Shown: piece by piece, positions 37,888 through 49,956 of the stretch
Numbering within the stretch: the stretch's first letter is position 1
How the letters are laid out: every line of letters starts with the position of its first letter
Assembly: GCA_963744995.1 (NCBI GenBank)
Contig: CAVUWA010000005.1
Location: forward strand, 96,001-160,000
Direction: 5' to 3'
DNA length: 64,000 bases
DNA from: Candidatus Eiseniibacteriota bacterium
Lineage (GTDB): Bacteria; Eisenbacteria; RBG-16-71-46
Translations under genes and position numbers: made by a program
The notes under the pieces: model-generated
What the model was told of the DNA's origin: nothing
The model's database searches: none
The model's input: the letters and a program-made list of their open reading frames with translations, nothing else

Positions 37888-40737
37888 ATGGCCGCCCGTT
37901 CGGCAACCACGTTGCATCCGCAGGACGAGATTTCCCACTACCGCATCATCGGCCCGCTCGGCGCCGGCGGGATGGGTGAGGTGTACCTGGCCGAGGATCG
38001 GTCGCTGGAGCGTCGTGTCGCCCTCAAGGTCCTGCCCCCGGATCTCGTCCGCAGCGAAGAACGGGTGCGCCGCTTCGTGCTGGAGGCGCGCTCGGCCTCC
38101 TCCCTCAGCCATCCCCACATCGTGACGATCTACGAGATCGGCACGGACGATCCGCTCGCCGGGCGCGCCGAATGCCGGGCCCGTGCACTTCATCTCCATG
38201 GAGCTGATCGCCGGCCAGACCCTCACCACGTTGATCCATGCCGAGAAGACCCCCCTGAAATCCCTCCTCGGCTTCCTGGCACAGGTTGCGGAGGGCCTTT
38301 CCAAGGCCCATGCCGCCGGGATCGTGCATCGCGATCTCAAACCCGGCAACATCATGGTGTCCGCCGACGGGTATGCGAAGATCCTCGACTTCGGACTCGC
38401 AAAGCTCACCGAGGCGGGTGGACCGGACGCGGACGCCTCGACCGCCACCACGATGGCGGCGGATTCCACCGGAGCGGGCATCGTCGTGGGCACCGCCGGC
38501 TACATGTCGCCCGAGCAGGTGCAGGGCAGGAAGGTGGATCATCGCTCCGACGTGTTCTCGTTCGGCTGCATCCTCTACGAGGCCGCGACGCGGCGGCGGC
38601 CCTTCGCCGCGGCGACCGGCGTCGAGACGATGCACCGGATCCTCCATGAGAAGCCCGTCCCGGTCGAGGAGATCGACGCGAGCGTCCCCGCGGAACTGCG
38701 GCGGGTCATCCGGCGCTGCCTCGCGAAGAGTCCGGACCAGCGCTTCCAGTCCATGAAGGATCTCGCCATCGAGCTGCGCGAGATCGCCGACGAATACGAC
38801 GCACTCTCGGCTTCGGCAAGCTCGGGGAGCATGAGCTCGGGGCCCGCCCGGGCGCCCGCCAGACGCCGGCGCGCTTCGTTCTGGATCGCGGCGGTGGCTG
38901 TCGCCGGTGTCGTGGGGGTCGCGCTGGCGTGGTGGAACCTGCGTCGCGCTGGAGACGGAGCGTCGGACGCACCGTTCCAGAACATGCGGGCGACCGTCCT
39001 CACGAGCCGCGGCGACGTGCAGGACTGCGTGCTCTCCCGCGACGGCCGGTATCTCGCCTACATCTCCGGGGCCGCGGGGCAGTTCGGCCTGCGGATACGC
39101 CAGGTCGCGACCGGCAGCGACGTCGAGATCCTCCCCCCTCGAACGAGGAACTCGCCAATCTCTGTTTCTCACCGGACGGCAACTACGTCTGCTACACGAA
39201 GGTGACCCGCGCCGCCATTGGAATGCGCACCCTGTACCGCGTCGCGTCCCTGGGGGGTACGGCCGAGGAGGTGCTGTCCGACGTGGACTCGCGCGCCGCC
39301 TTTTCTCCCGACGGGAAACGTATCGCGTTCTGGCGCATCGTGCCCCAGGAGTGGCGCGTGTACCTCATCGTCTTCGACCTCGATACGCACCACGAAGCAC
39401 GGCTTGCGGCGATTCCGTTCACGCGGTGGCCATCGGGTGGGCTGGACTGGTCACCCGATGGGGAACACCTCGCCGCGGCGTTCTTCATTCCCACTCAGGG
39501 CCTTCTCGGCACACTGTCGGTCTTCGATCCCGAGACGGGCCGGGAGAGACGATTCGCCGAAATGCCGAACACCGCGCTGTCCGGCATCGCCTGGCTGCCG
39601 GACGGCAGCGGGCTCGTCGCGTCGGCAAAGGACCTGCACGCATCGTTTTCCGACCAGCTGTTTCTGGTGTCCTTCCCGGGCGGCCGGATCACGCGGATCA
39701 CCAACGACTTCAACACCTACTCGGGTATCTCGGTGTCGTCCGGTGCCGCGATCGCGGCGGTACGGACGACGCAGCTGTCCAACATCTGGATCGCCGATCT
39801 GCGCGGCGGCGAACCGCGGCGAATCACCAACATCACGAGCCCGGAGAACTCGCCCGTGGGCTCGTTCGACACGGACAGCAACGCGGTGTTCTTTGCGGCC
39901 ATGCACGGTCAGAGCGTGGAGATCCTCGTCTCTTCGATCTCCGGCGGGCGGGCGCGACCGCTCACCTCCGGGAAGGACTGGAGCCTTGCCCCCAGGGTCG
40001 GCGGCGATGTCATCGTCTTTCAGCGCCTCGCCGCTGACGGCCCGCAACTGTGGCGCATGAACCGCAACGGGAGCGACCCGCGCAAGGCCACGCCGGGTTC
40101 GGGACAGCTGATCCAGGCGCTGTCACCCGACGGCCGCACGGCCGCCGTCGTCGATGTGGACTCCACGGGAGCCATGTTGCTCGTGTCGATCGACTCGGGC
40201 GCGCAACGATGGATCCCCGGAGCCGACGCGGCGCTCACGTTCTCCGGGGACGGCGGGCGCCTGCTCGTGGCCCGGACGGAGACGGACGACCACGGCCTGG
40301 CCAGAGCCGTCTGGGAGGTGGTCCCGGTCGACGGGGGACCGCCCGCGGACAGCCTGCGCCTCCCGGAAACCGCCACCGAGCCGTCGTGGAACCCGGACGG
40401 GCGCAGCATGACCTACCTGAACGCCGCCGATCGGGCCTGGAACGTGTACCGGCTGGAATTCGGCGATGGGACCCCGGCGGCCGTGACCCGATTCAGGAGC
40501 GGTCGCGTTCTGGATCACCTCTGGTCCCCCGACGGTCGGCGGCTGGCCGTGGTCCGTCAGATCGGCGGCGACATGAACGTGTGGGTCACGGATCCGGACG
40601 GCAGCCACCCGCTGCAGGTGACTCGTTTCGAGGGTCAGGAGGTGTTCCGAATGCACTGGCTGCGCGATGGTGAACACCTCGCCGTCCAGGCGGGGACATC
40701 GAGCCGTGACGCGGTGCTGATCCGCGGACTTCGCTGA
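37888..40737 (+). pseudogene. Ser/Thr protein kinase with TM and TolB/PD40 propellers, split by two frameshifts (pseudogene or sequencing error)
   Basis: [13 protein letters not shown] in frame 1. [17 protein letters not shown] and the TM in frame 2 from about 38149. FSPDG/WSPDG repeats back in frame 1 after the C6 run at 39133-39138. Confidence 0.85.
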
Positions 40738-40811
40738 CACCACCGTGCGGGGCGTCCGGTCGCCCGGGCCGCGAACCACGCACGGAGCTGGAGCCGCGGC
40801 GGGGCAGGCCC

Positions 40812-42980
40812 CTATTCTCCTTCACTCCCCCGCGTCCCGCCGCTCCCGGAGCCCGTGTCCGGTCCGGTGGTCCGTCCATGGTCGTCCGCCGTCGAGATCT
40901 CCCCGGCGTCCCCGAACACCTCCTCCCACTCGCCGGCGTGCTCGTGCTTGAGCTGCTCTTCGGGAATCCTGCCCGTGAGCCAGGTCCAGTTCATCGGGTA
41001 GACGTCGGGGTTCAGCAGCACGTAGTACATGTGCCAGACGAGGATCGCGAGGAACGCCAGCCAGGCCTCGTAGTAGTGCACCATGGTCGCGAGGTCGAGC
41101 ACCCACTTGTTCACGAACTTCAGCGAGTCGTTCTCGAACCACAGGGCGAGCCCGGTCACGCTCATCACCACCGTGCCCCAGATCAGGGCCCAGTACTCGG
41201 CCTTTTCGATGTAGCCGAAGTGACCGAAGCGGGGCGGCATGTCGCGGCGGCCGATCAGGTAGGCCACGTTCTGGCCCGCCTCGCGCGCGTCCTTCAGGCC
41301 CGGCAGCATGGCGACGAGCATGCGGCGCCCGCGGGTGGTGAACAGGTAACCCACGTGGAACAGCGACACCGCGATCATCACGACCCCCGCGCCGCGATGG
41401 ATGATGCTGCGCCATTCATAGCCGCTCTCGAGCCGGGCGAACCATGCGAACGGCCAGGCCTCCGGGTAGCGGAGCGCGAATCCCGTGTAGACGAGCGTGA
41501 AGAAGCTCACCGCCAGCAGCGCGTGCTGGATGCGCTCGCTGAGCGTCAGGCGCTCGACGTACCGCTGCGAGATCTCCGTCACATGATCCCTGGCCCGGCC
41601 CAGGTGCCGCGCCAGGCTCGCCATGAGTTTCTTCCTGAGATCGAGGCCGTTATGGAGGAGCATGCCGCCGATCGTGCCGAAGATCAGCGTCAGATAGACG
41701 ATCCGCACCCAGTACAGCACCGGATTGTCCGGCCGCGAGAGCGCGACGTGCACCCGCCCCTGAGCGAAGCGCACGCCGGCGCCGGGATGGCACGAACCGC
41801 AGGTCTTCGGCAGGTTCGCCGGATTGACCGCGGAACGCGGGTCGCTCGAGGGCAGGATGTCGTGGTAGCCGTGGCAGCTCGCGCAGTCTGCGGCGACCGG
41901 CGAGCCACCGCGTGCGGCGAGCCCGTGATAGCTGTCCTCGTACGTGGAGAGCCGCCCCGCGGGCAGGCCGAACGTCTCCACGATGCGCTCGGCATCGTGG
42001 CAGTGCGAGCAGGTCTGCGTGACGCGCCCCGCCGACACCGGCGAGTTGGGATCCTTCGGCCCGCGGATCAGGTGCTCGCCGTGGCAGTCGGTGCAGACCG
42101 GCGACGCCAGCACGCCGCGCACCATCGCGGTGCCGTGTATGCCGATCTCGTAGGCCTTCTCCTCCGCGGCGTGACAGTGGCCGCAGGTCTTCGGAATGTT
42201 GGTGCGGTAGACCGACGAGCGCGGGTCGCCGGCACGCAGCAGGTCGTGCGATTCGTGGCAGTCGGTGCAGGTCGCGGCATTCGGATTGTCCGAGCGGCCG
42301 TGCACGCTGCTCTCGTACAGCGCGGTCGCCTCCGGGATCGTGATCTTACGGCGTGTCATGAGCGCGCGGTCCGCGTGGCACTTCGCGCAGGTCTTCGCGA
42401 CGTTCGCGTGGTAGGTCCTGGCGCGTGGATCGGTATGGCGCAGCACCGTGTGGGTCGAACCGTGACAGTCGCGGCAGGTGGAGACGTCGCTGTCCCCCTT
42501 CGCGAGCGCGACGCCGTGGACGCTCTGCTCGTACTGGGCGACCTCGGTGGCATGGCACGTGGCGCAGATGTCGCGGCCCAGCGTCGCGGCCGGCCGGACG
42601 CCATGGGTGCCGTGACAGCCCTGGCAGGTGCGGGCGTGGCCGCCGCCGTCCAGAGCATGGGCGCTGGCGGCCAGATCGCGGCCTTCCTCGGCGTGGCACG
42701 TCGTGCAGCGCACCGGTGCCATGTGCCCGGTGTGGGGCACCGTGGCGGAGGTGTGGCAGTCGCCACAGGCGAGGCTCGCGTGCACCGAGCCGCGCAACCG
42801 GGCGGCGTCGACGTGCAGCGGCTGATCGTCGGGCCCGCGAAGGTCGGGGTCCGAGTGACACATCATGCAGACGTCGTCACTCTCGACTGCAGCATGTGCG
42901 GCGCCGATCCCGCCGGAGCCCCATCCCCACACCGCAACCGCCAGACACCCCGCAACGACGAGACCGCGCCGAAAGCGCAT
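40812..42980 (-). CDS. CbcL-like 13-heme cytochrome c fused to an FdnI-type cytochrome b
   Basis: 13 CxxCH, then ERIQH, HRGAG, YIEKAEYWALIWG and HYYEAWLA..WH. Confidence 0.9.
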   Translation of the reverse strand: MRFRRGLVVAGCLAVAVWGWGSGGIGAAHAAVESDDVCMMCHSDPDLRGPDDQPLHVDAARLRGSVHASLACGDCHTSATVPHTGHMAPVRCTTCHAEEGRDLAASAHALDGGGHARTCQGCHGTHGVRPAATLGRDICATCHATEVAQYEQSVHGVALAKGDSDVSTCRDCHGSTHTVLRHTDPRARTYHANVAKTCAKCHADRALMTRRKITIPEATALYESSVHGRSDNPNAATCTDCHESHDLLRAGDPRSSVYRTNIPKTCGHCHAAEEKAYEIGIHGTAMVRGVLASPVCTDCHGEHLIRGPKDPNSPVSAGRVTQTCSHCHDAERIVETFGLPAGRLSTYEDSYHGLAARGGSPVAADCASCHGYHDILPSSDPRSAVNPANLPKTCGSCHPGAGVRFAQGRVHVALSRPDNPVLYWVRIVYLTLIFGTIGGMLLHNGLDLRKKLMASLARHLGRARDHVTEISQRYVERLTLSERIQHALLAVSFFTLVYTGFALRYPEAWPFAWFARLESGYEWRSIIHRGAGVVMIAVSLFHVGYLFTTRGRRMLVAMLPGLKDAREAGQNVAYLIGRRDMPPRFGHFGYIEKAEYWALIWGTVVMSVTGLALWFENDSLKFVNKWVLDLATMVHYYEAWLAFLAILVWHMYYVLLNPDVYPMNWTWLTGRIPEEQLKHEHAGEWEEVFGDAGEISTADDHGRTTGPDTGSGSGGTRGSEGE

Positions 42981-43355
42981 GTGCAAACCCCGCGACCGCG
43001 GCCACCGTGGCGCTCACGCATCGGGTGTGGCCCCGAACGCACGCGGCGCTGCCGGCGCCCGCAGTGAAAGATGCCTGCGGAGAACGATCACGGGGCCCGC
43101 GCCGCAAGAAGTGCTCCAGACCGTCGCGGCGCCCCCCGGACGCGGACCTCGCGTCCAACCCGTGACGGATCAAGGGGAATGGACGAACCGCGCCCCGCGG
43201 GTCACCCCGCCTGCCGGCGACGATACCTGACGAACACGGTCACGGACTGAAGAAATGGCAGGCGCCCCGGTGCGGTGGACCGGGGCCGCGCCTGGTCTGT
43301 CCATGAACCGGATTGCAACCCATCGGGTTAGCCGCCCCGGGGCGCTCCTTTCTTT

Positions 43356-43371
43356 CGGCGCGCTCCTTGCA
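43356..43371 (+). promoter_or_regulatory. Sigma54 promoter candidate for the rightward cytochrome operon
   Basis: CGGCGCG-CTCC-TTGCA, GG-N10-GC spacing, about 100 bp upstream of ATG 43473. Confidence 0.55.
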
Positions 43372-43472
43372 GTTGCAGAAGAGTGCTCCCGTAGTATGGT
43401 CCACCTTCGACGTTCGGGGACGATTCGTACGCGGATCCCCGGTGGACACCAACAGCCAGAAGGGACTTCAAA

Positions 43473-44141
43473 ATGCGCCGAGCTCTAATGACCATGGCTC
43501 TCGTGGGCGTGGTGGGGTGGACGGTCTCCGCGAGCCAGAACGCATGGGCTTACCCCAACATCGCGGTCGCCACCAAAGCCTCCTGTGCGACCTGTCACAC
43601 GAGCCCCGCCGGTGGAGCCGCACTGACCGACGTGGGCACCAAATACCAGGCCGACGACAGCATCAAGGTGCCCACGGACGTGGCCGGGGCTGATTACATC
43701 GGGGCCAAGAAGTGCGGCCTGTGCCATCGCGCCTATGCGACGGCCTGGGCCGAGACCCCTCACGCGAAGGCGTGGGCGACCCTGGAGTCGGCGGACGAGA
43801 AGACGGTCGCCGCGATGGCCACGAAGCTCGGCGTCAAGGTCGAAGGCAAGGCCTCGGAGAGCCCGGCGTGCATCGGCTGTCACGTGACCGGCAACGATCT
43901 CCCCGGCGGCTACAAGGCCGGCGCGGAGGGCGCCGACGCGATGGTCAACGTGGCGTGCGAGGCGTGCCACGGACCCGGCAGCATGCACATGAAGGCGGCG
44001 AAGGCCGACAAGAAGGCGATGATCAACGCCGCCGTTTCCGAGAAGATGTGCATGCAGTGCCACACGAAGGTGATGAGCCCGGACTTCGACTTCGCCAAGT
44101 ACGTGGAGAAGGGCGTTCACAAGATCGCGAAGACCGAATAG
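43473..44141 (+). CDS. Periplasmic pentaheme cytochrome c (c554-like)
   Basis: Signal peptide and 5 CxxCH; YIGAKKCGLCH..HAKAW, CEACHGPGS and SPDFDF. Confidence 0.9.
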   Translation: MRRALMTMALVGVVGWTVSASQNAWAYPNIAVATKASCATCHTSPAGGAALTDVGTKYQADDSIKVPTDVAGADYIGAKKCGLCHRAYATAWAETPHAKAWATLESADEKTVAAMATKLGVKVEGKASESPACIGCHVTGNDLPGGYKAGAEGADAMVNVACEACHGPGSMHMKAAKADKKAMINAAVSEKMCMQCHTKVMSPDFDFAKYVEKGVHKIAKTE

Positions 44142-44156
44142 CCGAATGGACATGGG

Positions 44157-44186
44157 CGCGCGGGCGGAGCTTCATCCGCCCGCGCG
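44157..44186 (+). terminator. Intercistronic stem-loop
   Basis: cgcgcgggcgga-gcttca-tccgcccgcgcg, a 12-bp stem. Confidence 0.55.
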
Positions 44187-44207
44187 AACCGGGAGCTGCG
44201 TGACGGC

Positions 44208-47036
44208 ATGAGAAGGGTGCGGAGGGGTTGGGGCCGCGAAGCGGTTCGAAGGGTCACGGCTGGTGCATGGGCCGGCGTGGCCCTTGTTCTATTCGCTCTG
44301 GGGCCGCCGGCCACCCCCGTCCACGCGGCCGCGCCCCCGGCGCTGCCGGGCTCGGAGGATTGCGCGGTGTGCCACGACCCCGGCCCGCTGCGCGCGTCCC
44401 GTACCGCGGGGGAAGCGCCTGCGTTCGGCGCCGCGGCACTCGCCGCCTCCCCGCACGCGGCGCTCCAGTGCGTGGCCTGCCACCGCGACCTCGACGGCGC
44501 CGAACTGCCGCATCCGGAGAAGCTCCAGAAGGTGGACTGCGGCGTCTGCCACGGTAACGAGCAACACCAGTACGCGGAGAGCCTGCACGGAGTCGCCAAG
44601 TCGCGCGGCGAAAGGCTGGCGCCCGACTGCAAGAGTTGCCACGGCCGCCACGACATCATGCGACCGAGCCAGCTCGACGCGCCGACGAGCAAGGTCAACG
44701 TGCCGCTGCTCTGCAATCGCTGCCACCGCGAAGGCTCGCCGGTCAACCTGATCTACAACATTCCGCAGGACAGCATCCTCACCAACTACAAAGAGTCGAT
44801 CCACGGCGAGGGCCTGTACCGCAAGGGCATCCTCTCCACCGCGGTCTGCACCAGCTGCCACACGGCGCATCACGTCCTGCCGCACACCGATCCGCGTTCG
44901 TCGATCGCGCGCGAGAACGTGGTGAAGACCTGCACGCAGTGCCACGTGCGCATCGAGCAGGTGCATCGCCAGGTGATCCAGGGAGAGCTGTGGGAGAAGA
45001 AGCCGCACACGATTCCGGTATGTGTGGACTGCCACGAGCCTCACAAGGCGCGTCGCGTCTTCTATACCCAGGGCATGGCGGACCGTGACTGCCTGTCATG
45101 CCATGCGAAGCAGGGTCTCAAGGCGGTCGACGGCCGTGACATGCACGTGGACGCCGCTGAACTCGCCGGTTCGCGCCACAGCCGCATCGCCTGCTCGCAG
45201 TGCCACACCGGCGGCGATCCCGCCGACAAGCGCCCGTGCCGGACTATGACGACGAAGGTCGACTGCGCCGTGTGCCACGACGCCGTGGTCGAGACGTACC
45301 AGACCAGCCGCCACGGCAAGCTGGCCGCCGAGGGCAGCCCGGACGCGCCGCGCTGCATGGACTGCCACGGCACCCACGGCATCAAGGGCCACAACGACTC
45401 GTCTTCGCCGACCTACTCGCAGAACATCCCGACCCTGTGCGGTGACTGCCACCGTCGCGGCCACAAGGCCGCGGTGCGCTACAAGGGGGCGGAGCAGCAG
45501 CCGGTCGAAAGCTACGTGGAGAGCATCCACGGCAAGGGTCTGCTCGAGAGCGGTCTCACCGTGACGGCGACCTGCGTCGACTGCCACACGGCGCACGGCG
45601 AGCTGCCGCACACCGATCCCGCGTCGACCGTGAACCGCAAGAACATTCCCGAGACCTGCGGGCAGTGTCACCGCGGCATCTACGACCTGTTCAAGTCGAG
45701 CATCCATGCGACCAGCAAGACCGACAAGGAGCTGCCGGTCTGCTCGGACTGCCACTCCGCGCACACGATCGAGCGCACCGACCTCGATGACTTCCGCCTG
45801 ACGATCATCCGGCAATGCGGGCGCTGCCACGCGGAGGTCACGAAATCCTACTTCGATACCTTCCACGGCAAGGTGACGAAGCTCGGCTACGAGAAGACGG
45901 CGAAGTGCTACGACTGCCACGGCGCCCACGACATCCTGCCGCCCTGGGATCCGCGCTCGCACCTGAGCCGCGCGAACATCGTCGAGACGTGCCGCCAGTG
46001 CCACCCGGGCTCCAACCGCCGCTTCGCCGGCTACCTGACGCATGCGACCCACCACGATCCGCGCAAGTATCCCGCCCTGTTCTGGGTGTTCTGGGGGATG
46101 ACCGGCCTGCTGGTGGGGACGTTCGCGGTCGCGGGGGCGCATACGCTGGCGTGGCTGCCGCGCTCGCTGCGCTACCGGCGGCATCTGAAGCAGATGCTGG
46201 CCCGCGAGCACTCGGTGCACGTGCGCCGCTTCTCGCGCCTGCAGCGCAATACCCACATCATGGTGATCGTGAGCTTCCTCGGCCTCGCGCTCACCGGGAT
46301 GATGCTCAAATTCTCCTACGCCGGCTGGGCGCAGTGGCTGTCGCGCGTGCTGGGCGGTTTCGAAGCCGCCGGCTTCATCCATCGTGTGTGTGCGCTGCTC
46401 ACCTTCACCTACTTCGGCATCCACCTCTGGGACCTCATCCGCCGCAAGCGGGCGAGCGGAATGTCGTGGAAGACGTTCATCACCGGACCCACGGGGATGA
46501 TGTTCTCGTTCACCGACCTCAAGGAGTTCTTCCAGTCCTTCCGCTGGTTCCTCGGCAAGGGCCGGCGCCCCGATTACGGCCGCTGGACCTACTGGGAGAA
46601 GTTCGACTACTTCGCCGTGTTCTGGGGCGTCACGGTGATCGGCACGACCGGCCTGCTGCTCTGGTTCCCCACGATCTTCACGCACATCCTGCCGGGCTGG
46701 CTGATCAACGTCGCGACCATCATCCACAGTGACGAGGCCCTGCTGGCGGTGGGCTTCATCTTCACCGTCCACTTCTTCAACACCCACTTCCGGCCCGAGA
46801 AGTTCCCCATGGACACCTCGATCTTCACGCGCGGTGTCCCGGTCGAGGAGTTCAAGGAAGACCGCCCGCGCGAGTACGAGCAGCTCGTCGCCAGCGGCCG
46901 CCTGGAGGAGCGGATCGAGCCCGCGCCCTCGGAAACGCGGCTCAGGGCCTGGCGGGCCTTCGGTAGCATTGCACTGACCATCGGAATCGTGTTGATTCTG
47001 CTGATTCTCTATTCGGTCATCTTCGGCTACCGCTGA
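44208..47036 (+). CDS. CbcL-like 19-heme cytochrome c fused to cytochrome b
   Basis: 19 CxxCH; WTYWEKFDYFAVFWG and IIHSDEALLAVGFIFTVHFFNTHFRPEKFP. Confidence 0.92.
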   Translation: MRRVRRGWGREAVRRVTAGAWAGVALVLFALGPPATPVHAAAPPALPGSEDCAVCHDPGPLRASRTAGEAPAFGAAALAASPHAALQCVACHRDLDGAELPHPEKLQKVDCGVCHGNEQHQYAESLHGVAKSRGERLAPDCKSCHGRHDIMRPSQLDAPTSKVNVPLLCNRCHREGSPVNLIYNIPQDSILTNYKESIHGEGLYRKGILSTAVCTSCHTAHHVLPHTDPRSSIARENVVKTCTQCHVRIEQVHRQVIQGELWEKKPHTIPVCVDCHEPHKARRVFYTQGMADRDCLSCHAKQGLKAVDGRDMHVDAAELAGSRHSRIACSQCHTGGDPADKRPCRTMTTKVDCAVCHDAVVETYQTSRHGKLAAEGSPDAPRCMDCHGTHGIKGHNDSSSPTYSQNIPTLCGDCHRRGHKAAVRYKGAEQQPVESYVESIHGKGLLESGLTVTATCVDCHTAHGELPHTDPASTVNRKNIPETCGQCHRGIYDLFKSSIHATSKTDKELPVCSDCHSAHTIERTDLDDFRLTIIRQCGRCHAEVTKSYFDTFHGKVTKLGYEKTAKCYDCHGAHDILPPWDPRSHLSRANIVETCRQCHPGSNRRFAGYLTHATHHDPRKYPALFWVFWGMTGLLVGTFAVAGAHTLAWLPRSLRYRRHLKQMLAREHSVHVRRFSRLQRNTHIMVIVSFLGLALTGMMLKFSYAGWAQWLSRVLGGFEAAGFIHRVCALLTFTYFGIHLWDLIRRKRASGMSWKTFITGPTGMMFSFTDLKEFFQSFRWFLGKGRRPDYGRWTYWEKFDYFAVFWGVTVIGTTGLLLWFPTIFTHILPGWLINVATIIHSDEALLAVGFIFTVHFFNTHFRPEKFPMDTSIFTRGVPVEEFKEDRPREYEQLVASGRLEERIEPAPSETRLRAWRAFGSIALTIGIVLILLILYSVIFGYR

Positions 47037-47097
47037 TCGTCCATCTGAAGTAGGCTGCCGGACGCCGTCTTCGTTCATTCCTGGCGGGGGCCCGTAC

Positions 47098-47526
47098 ATG
47101 GAACGACGCAAGTTTCTCGACTGGCTGATCCGGGTGTCCGGGACCGCTCTCGGCGGGCTCGTACTCTATCCGGTCGTGCGCTATCTGGTGCCGCCCAGGA
47201 TCCCGGAGGCGGCGACCCGCCGGGTCGTCGCCGCCAAGGCCGACGAGCTGAAACCCGGCAGCTTCAAGATCTTCCCGTTCGGCGGACTGCCCGGCATCCT
47301 CATCCGCACCGACGACGGCGCCTACCACGCACTGTCCGCCACCTGTACGCACCTCGACTGCACCGTCCAGTACCGCGAGGACGAGCACGTCATCTGGTGC
47401 GCGTGCCACGGCGGCCGCTACAGCATCGAGGGCAAAAACATCTCCGGCCCGCCGCCGCGGCCGCTCGAGGAATACCAGGTCCACGTGGTCGGTGAGGACG
47501 TCGTGGTCCAGAAGGCGCAAGCCTGA
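47098..47526 (+). CDS. Rieske 2Fe-2S subunit of bc complex 1
   Basis: Tat motif [19 protein letters not shown] and GPPPRPL. Confidence 0.93.
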   Translation: MERRKFLDWLIRVSGTALGGLVLYPVVRYLVPPRIPEAATRRVVAAKADELKPGSFKIFPFGGLPGILIRTDDGAYHALSATCTHLDCTVQYREDEHVIWCACHGGRYSIEGKNISGPPPRPLEEYQVHVVGEDVVVQKAQA

Positions 47527-48605
47527 TGTTCACCCGGATCCGCAACTGGCTCTGGGAGCGCCTCGGGCTCGAGCCGCTCGTCGCCGTCGCCGAGCACAAG
47601 GAAGTGCCGATCCACCGGCACACCTTCTGGTACTACTGGGGCGGGATGACGCTGTTTCTGTTCGGCGTCCAGGTGGCAACGGGCATCCTGCTGCTCCTGT
47701 ACTACCGGCCCAGCGCGGACGAGGCCTACGAGAGCGTCCACTTCATCATGACGCAGGTGCACTTCGGCTGGCTGATCCGCGGGATTCACTCCTGGAGCGC
47801 CAACCTGATGGTGGGTGCCGCGCTGGTGCACATGTTCAGCACCTTCATGATGAAGGCCTACCGGCGTCCGCGCGAGGCGACCTGGCTCAGCGGCATGGTG
47901 CTGCTGTTCCTGGCCCTCGGCTTCGGCTTCAGCGGCTATCTCCTGCCCTGGAACGAGCTGGCGTTCTTCGCCACCAAGGTGGGCACCGACATCGCCGGCG
48001 CACTGCCCGGCATAGGTCACTTCATGCTGGTGTTCCTGCGCGGCGGCGACCAGATCACCGGCGGCACGCTCACGCGCTTCTACGGCTTCCACGTCGCGGT
48101 GCTGCCGGCGCTCGCCACCGCCCTGCTCGCGCTGCACGTCTATCTGGTCCAGCGTCACGGCATGAGCGTCCCGCCCGCGGTGGAGGACGCCGGCGGCCCG
48201 CGCGGCGCGATGAAGTTCATCCCCGGCTTCCTGCTGCGGGACGCGGTGGGCTGGCTCGCGGCGCTGGCCGTGCTTGCGCTGCTCGCCGCGCTGTTCCCGT
48301 GGGAGCTCGGTCAGAAGGCCAATCCCTACGCTCCCGCCCCGGCCGGGATCCGCCCCGAGTGGTACTTCGGCTGGATGTTCCAGACGCTGCGCATGCTGCC
48401 TGCGCACATATTCTTCCTCGAGGGCGAGCTGGTGGGCATTCTCGGCATCGGCCTCGCCGGCCTGCTCTGGCTGGCGGTGCCGTTCCTCGACACCCCCGAC
48501 GGCCGCGGCGGCCGCGCCCGCGTCTGGACCATGGCCGGCTGGCTGGCCATCGTCTACATCGTGACGTTCACGCTGCTCATGTACCGCGGAGGAGGTCACG
48601 GATGA
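47526..48605 (+). CDS. Cytochrome b of bc complex 1 (all four His ligands, PEWY)
   Basis: [39 protein letters not shown] and IRPEWYF. Confidence 0.95.
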   Translation: MFTRIRNWLWERLGLEPLVAVAEHKEVPIHRHTFWYYWGGMTLFLFGVQVATGILLLLYYRPSADEAYESVHFIMTQVHFGWLIRGIHSWSANLMVGAALVHMFSTFMMKAYRRPREATWLSGMVLLFLALGFGFSGYLLPWNELAFFATKVGTDIAGALPGIGHFMLVFLRGGDQITGGTLTRFYGFHVAVLPALATALLALHVYLVQRHGMSVPPAVEDAGGPRGAMKFIPGFLLRDAVGWLAALAVLALLAALFPWELGQKANPYAPAPAGIRPEWYFGWMFQTLRMLPAHIFFLEGELVGILGIGLAGLLWLAVPFLDTPDGRGGRARVWTMAGWLAIVYIVTFTLLMYRGGGHG

Positions 48606-49921
48606 GGCCGCGCAACGAGAATCCTGGCCCCCGGCGCGCGTGGGGATTCCGGCACCTGGCCGCTCTCCTGCTCGCGGCCGGTGTCGCCGGCGCGGGGTTC
48701 CAGGCCGCCGCGCCGGCGCGGGCGGCCACGCAGAATTCCTGCATCGACTGCCACAGCCAGCTCGACGGCGAGATGGCGAAACCCGCGAAGGAGTTCCCGC
48801 ACAGCATCCACGCCGATCGCGGCCTCGACTGCACCGCATGCCACGGCGGCGATTCCAAAGACGAGGACATCACCGCGATGGACCCCGACAAGGGGTTCAA
48901 GGGCAAGCCGACCCGCGATCAGATCGCCGGGCTCTGCGCCTCCTGCCACGCGAACGCGGCGTACATGAAGCGGTACAACCCCAAGCCCTACGTGTTCTCG
49001 GTCGCCGAGTGGAAGACCAGCGTGCACTGCAAGCGCGAAGAGCTGGGCGACAAGAAAGTCGCCACCTGCACGAACTGCCATGGCGTGCACGACATCCGCG
49101 CCCACACCGATCCGACCTCGCGGGTCTATCACACCAACGTGCCCAAGCTGTGCGCGGGGTGCCACAACGCCAATTACATGAAAGGGCGCTCGGTGCCGAC
49201 CGACCAGTACCAGAAGTACGTCGGCAGCGTGCACGGCATCGCGCTGCTGCAGAAGGGCGACCTGTCAGCGCCGGCCTGCAACGACTGTCACGGCAACCAC
49301 GGCGCGGCGCCGCCCGGTGTGAAGAACGTCGTGCACGTCTGTGGCACGTGTCACGGCCGCATGGCGGAGCTGTTCGGCCCGAGCAAGATGCACGCGGCGA
49401 TGGATGCGGCCGGCATGCCGGGCTGCGTCGCCTGCCACGGCAACCACGGAATCCAGCCGCCGTCCGACGACTGGATCGCCACGGCCAACGGTGGCCTGTG
49501 CGGCGAGTGCCACGAGCCGGGATCGAAGGCCGATCAGTCGACCCTGACGATCATCACGGCATTCCAGAACCTGGACCGGTCGATCGCGGCGACGGACAGC
49601 CTGCTTGGACGGGTCGAGGTGCTCGGCATGGAAACGGAGTACGGGCGCAATCTCCTGCGCGCGGCCACCGATCGCAGGACCGCCGCGCGGGCGACCCTGC
49701 ACAGCTTCGATGAGCAGACGATCACGGCCGTCACCAGCGAGGGCACGGACGACGTGAACAAGGCCCGTGCCGCCGCAGAGAGCGCCCTGCGCGACTGGAA
49801 GAACCGCCGCGTCGGGATGGGCGTCTCGGTCGTCGTGATCCTGCTGCTGATCGGGCTGCTGGTGGCGAAGATCCGCGGCACGGAGGCCCCCGACGAGAGC
49901 GGCCCGGGCCGCAGCAGCTGA
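48602..49921 (+). CDS. Nonaheme cytochrome c with C-terminal membrane anchor
   Basis: 9 CxxCH, helical stalk and C-terminal TM. ATGA overlap with the upstream gene. Confidence 0.9.
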   Translation: MRPRNENPGPRRAWGFRHLAALLLAAGVAGAGFQAAAPARAATQNSCIDCHSQLDGEMAKPAKEFPHSIHADRGLDCTACHGGDSKDEDITAMDPDKGFKGKPTRDQIAGLCASCHANAAYMKRYNPKPYVFSVAEWKTSVHCKREELGDKKVATCTNCHGVHDIRAHTDPTSRVYHTNVPKLCAGCHNANYMKGRSVPTDQYQKYVGSVHGIALLQKGDLSAPACNDCHGNHGAAPPGVKNVVHVCGTCHGRMAELFGPSKMHAAMDAAGMPGCVACHGNHGIQPPSDDWIATANGGLCGECHEPGSKADQSTLTIITAFQNLDRSIAATDSLLGRVEVLGMETEYGRNLLRAATDRRTAARATLHSFDEQTITAVTSEGTDDVNKARAAAESALRDWKNRRVGMGVSVVVILLLIGLLVAKIRGTEAPDESGPGRSS

Positions 49922-49956
49922 CGGGTCGCGCGGCGCGAGGTCGAGGTTGGAGCCGG

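Noticed and set aside
38140..38160. Programmed ribosomal frameshift in the kinase
   Set aside because: There is no slippery heptamer, and two independent shifts would be needed.
43256..43273. TGGCAGG...TGC as a sigma54 promoter
   Set aside because: The GG-to-GC spacing is not 10 nt.
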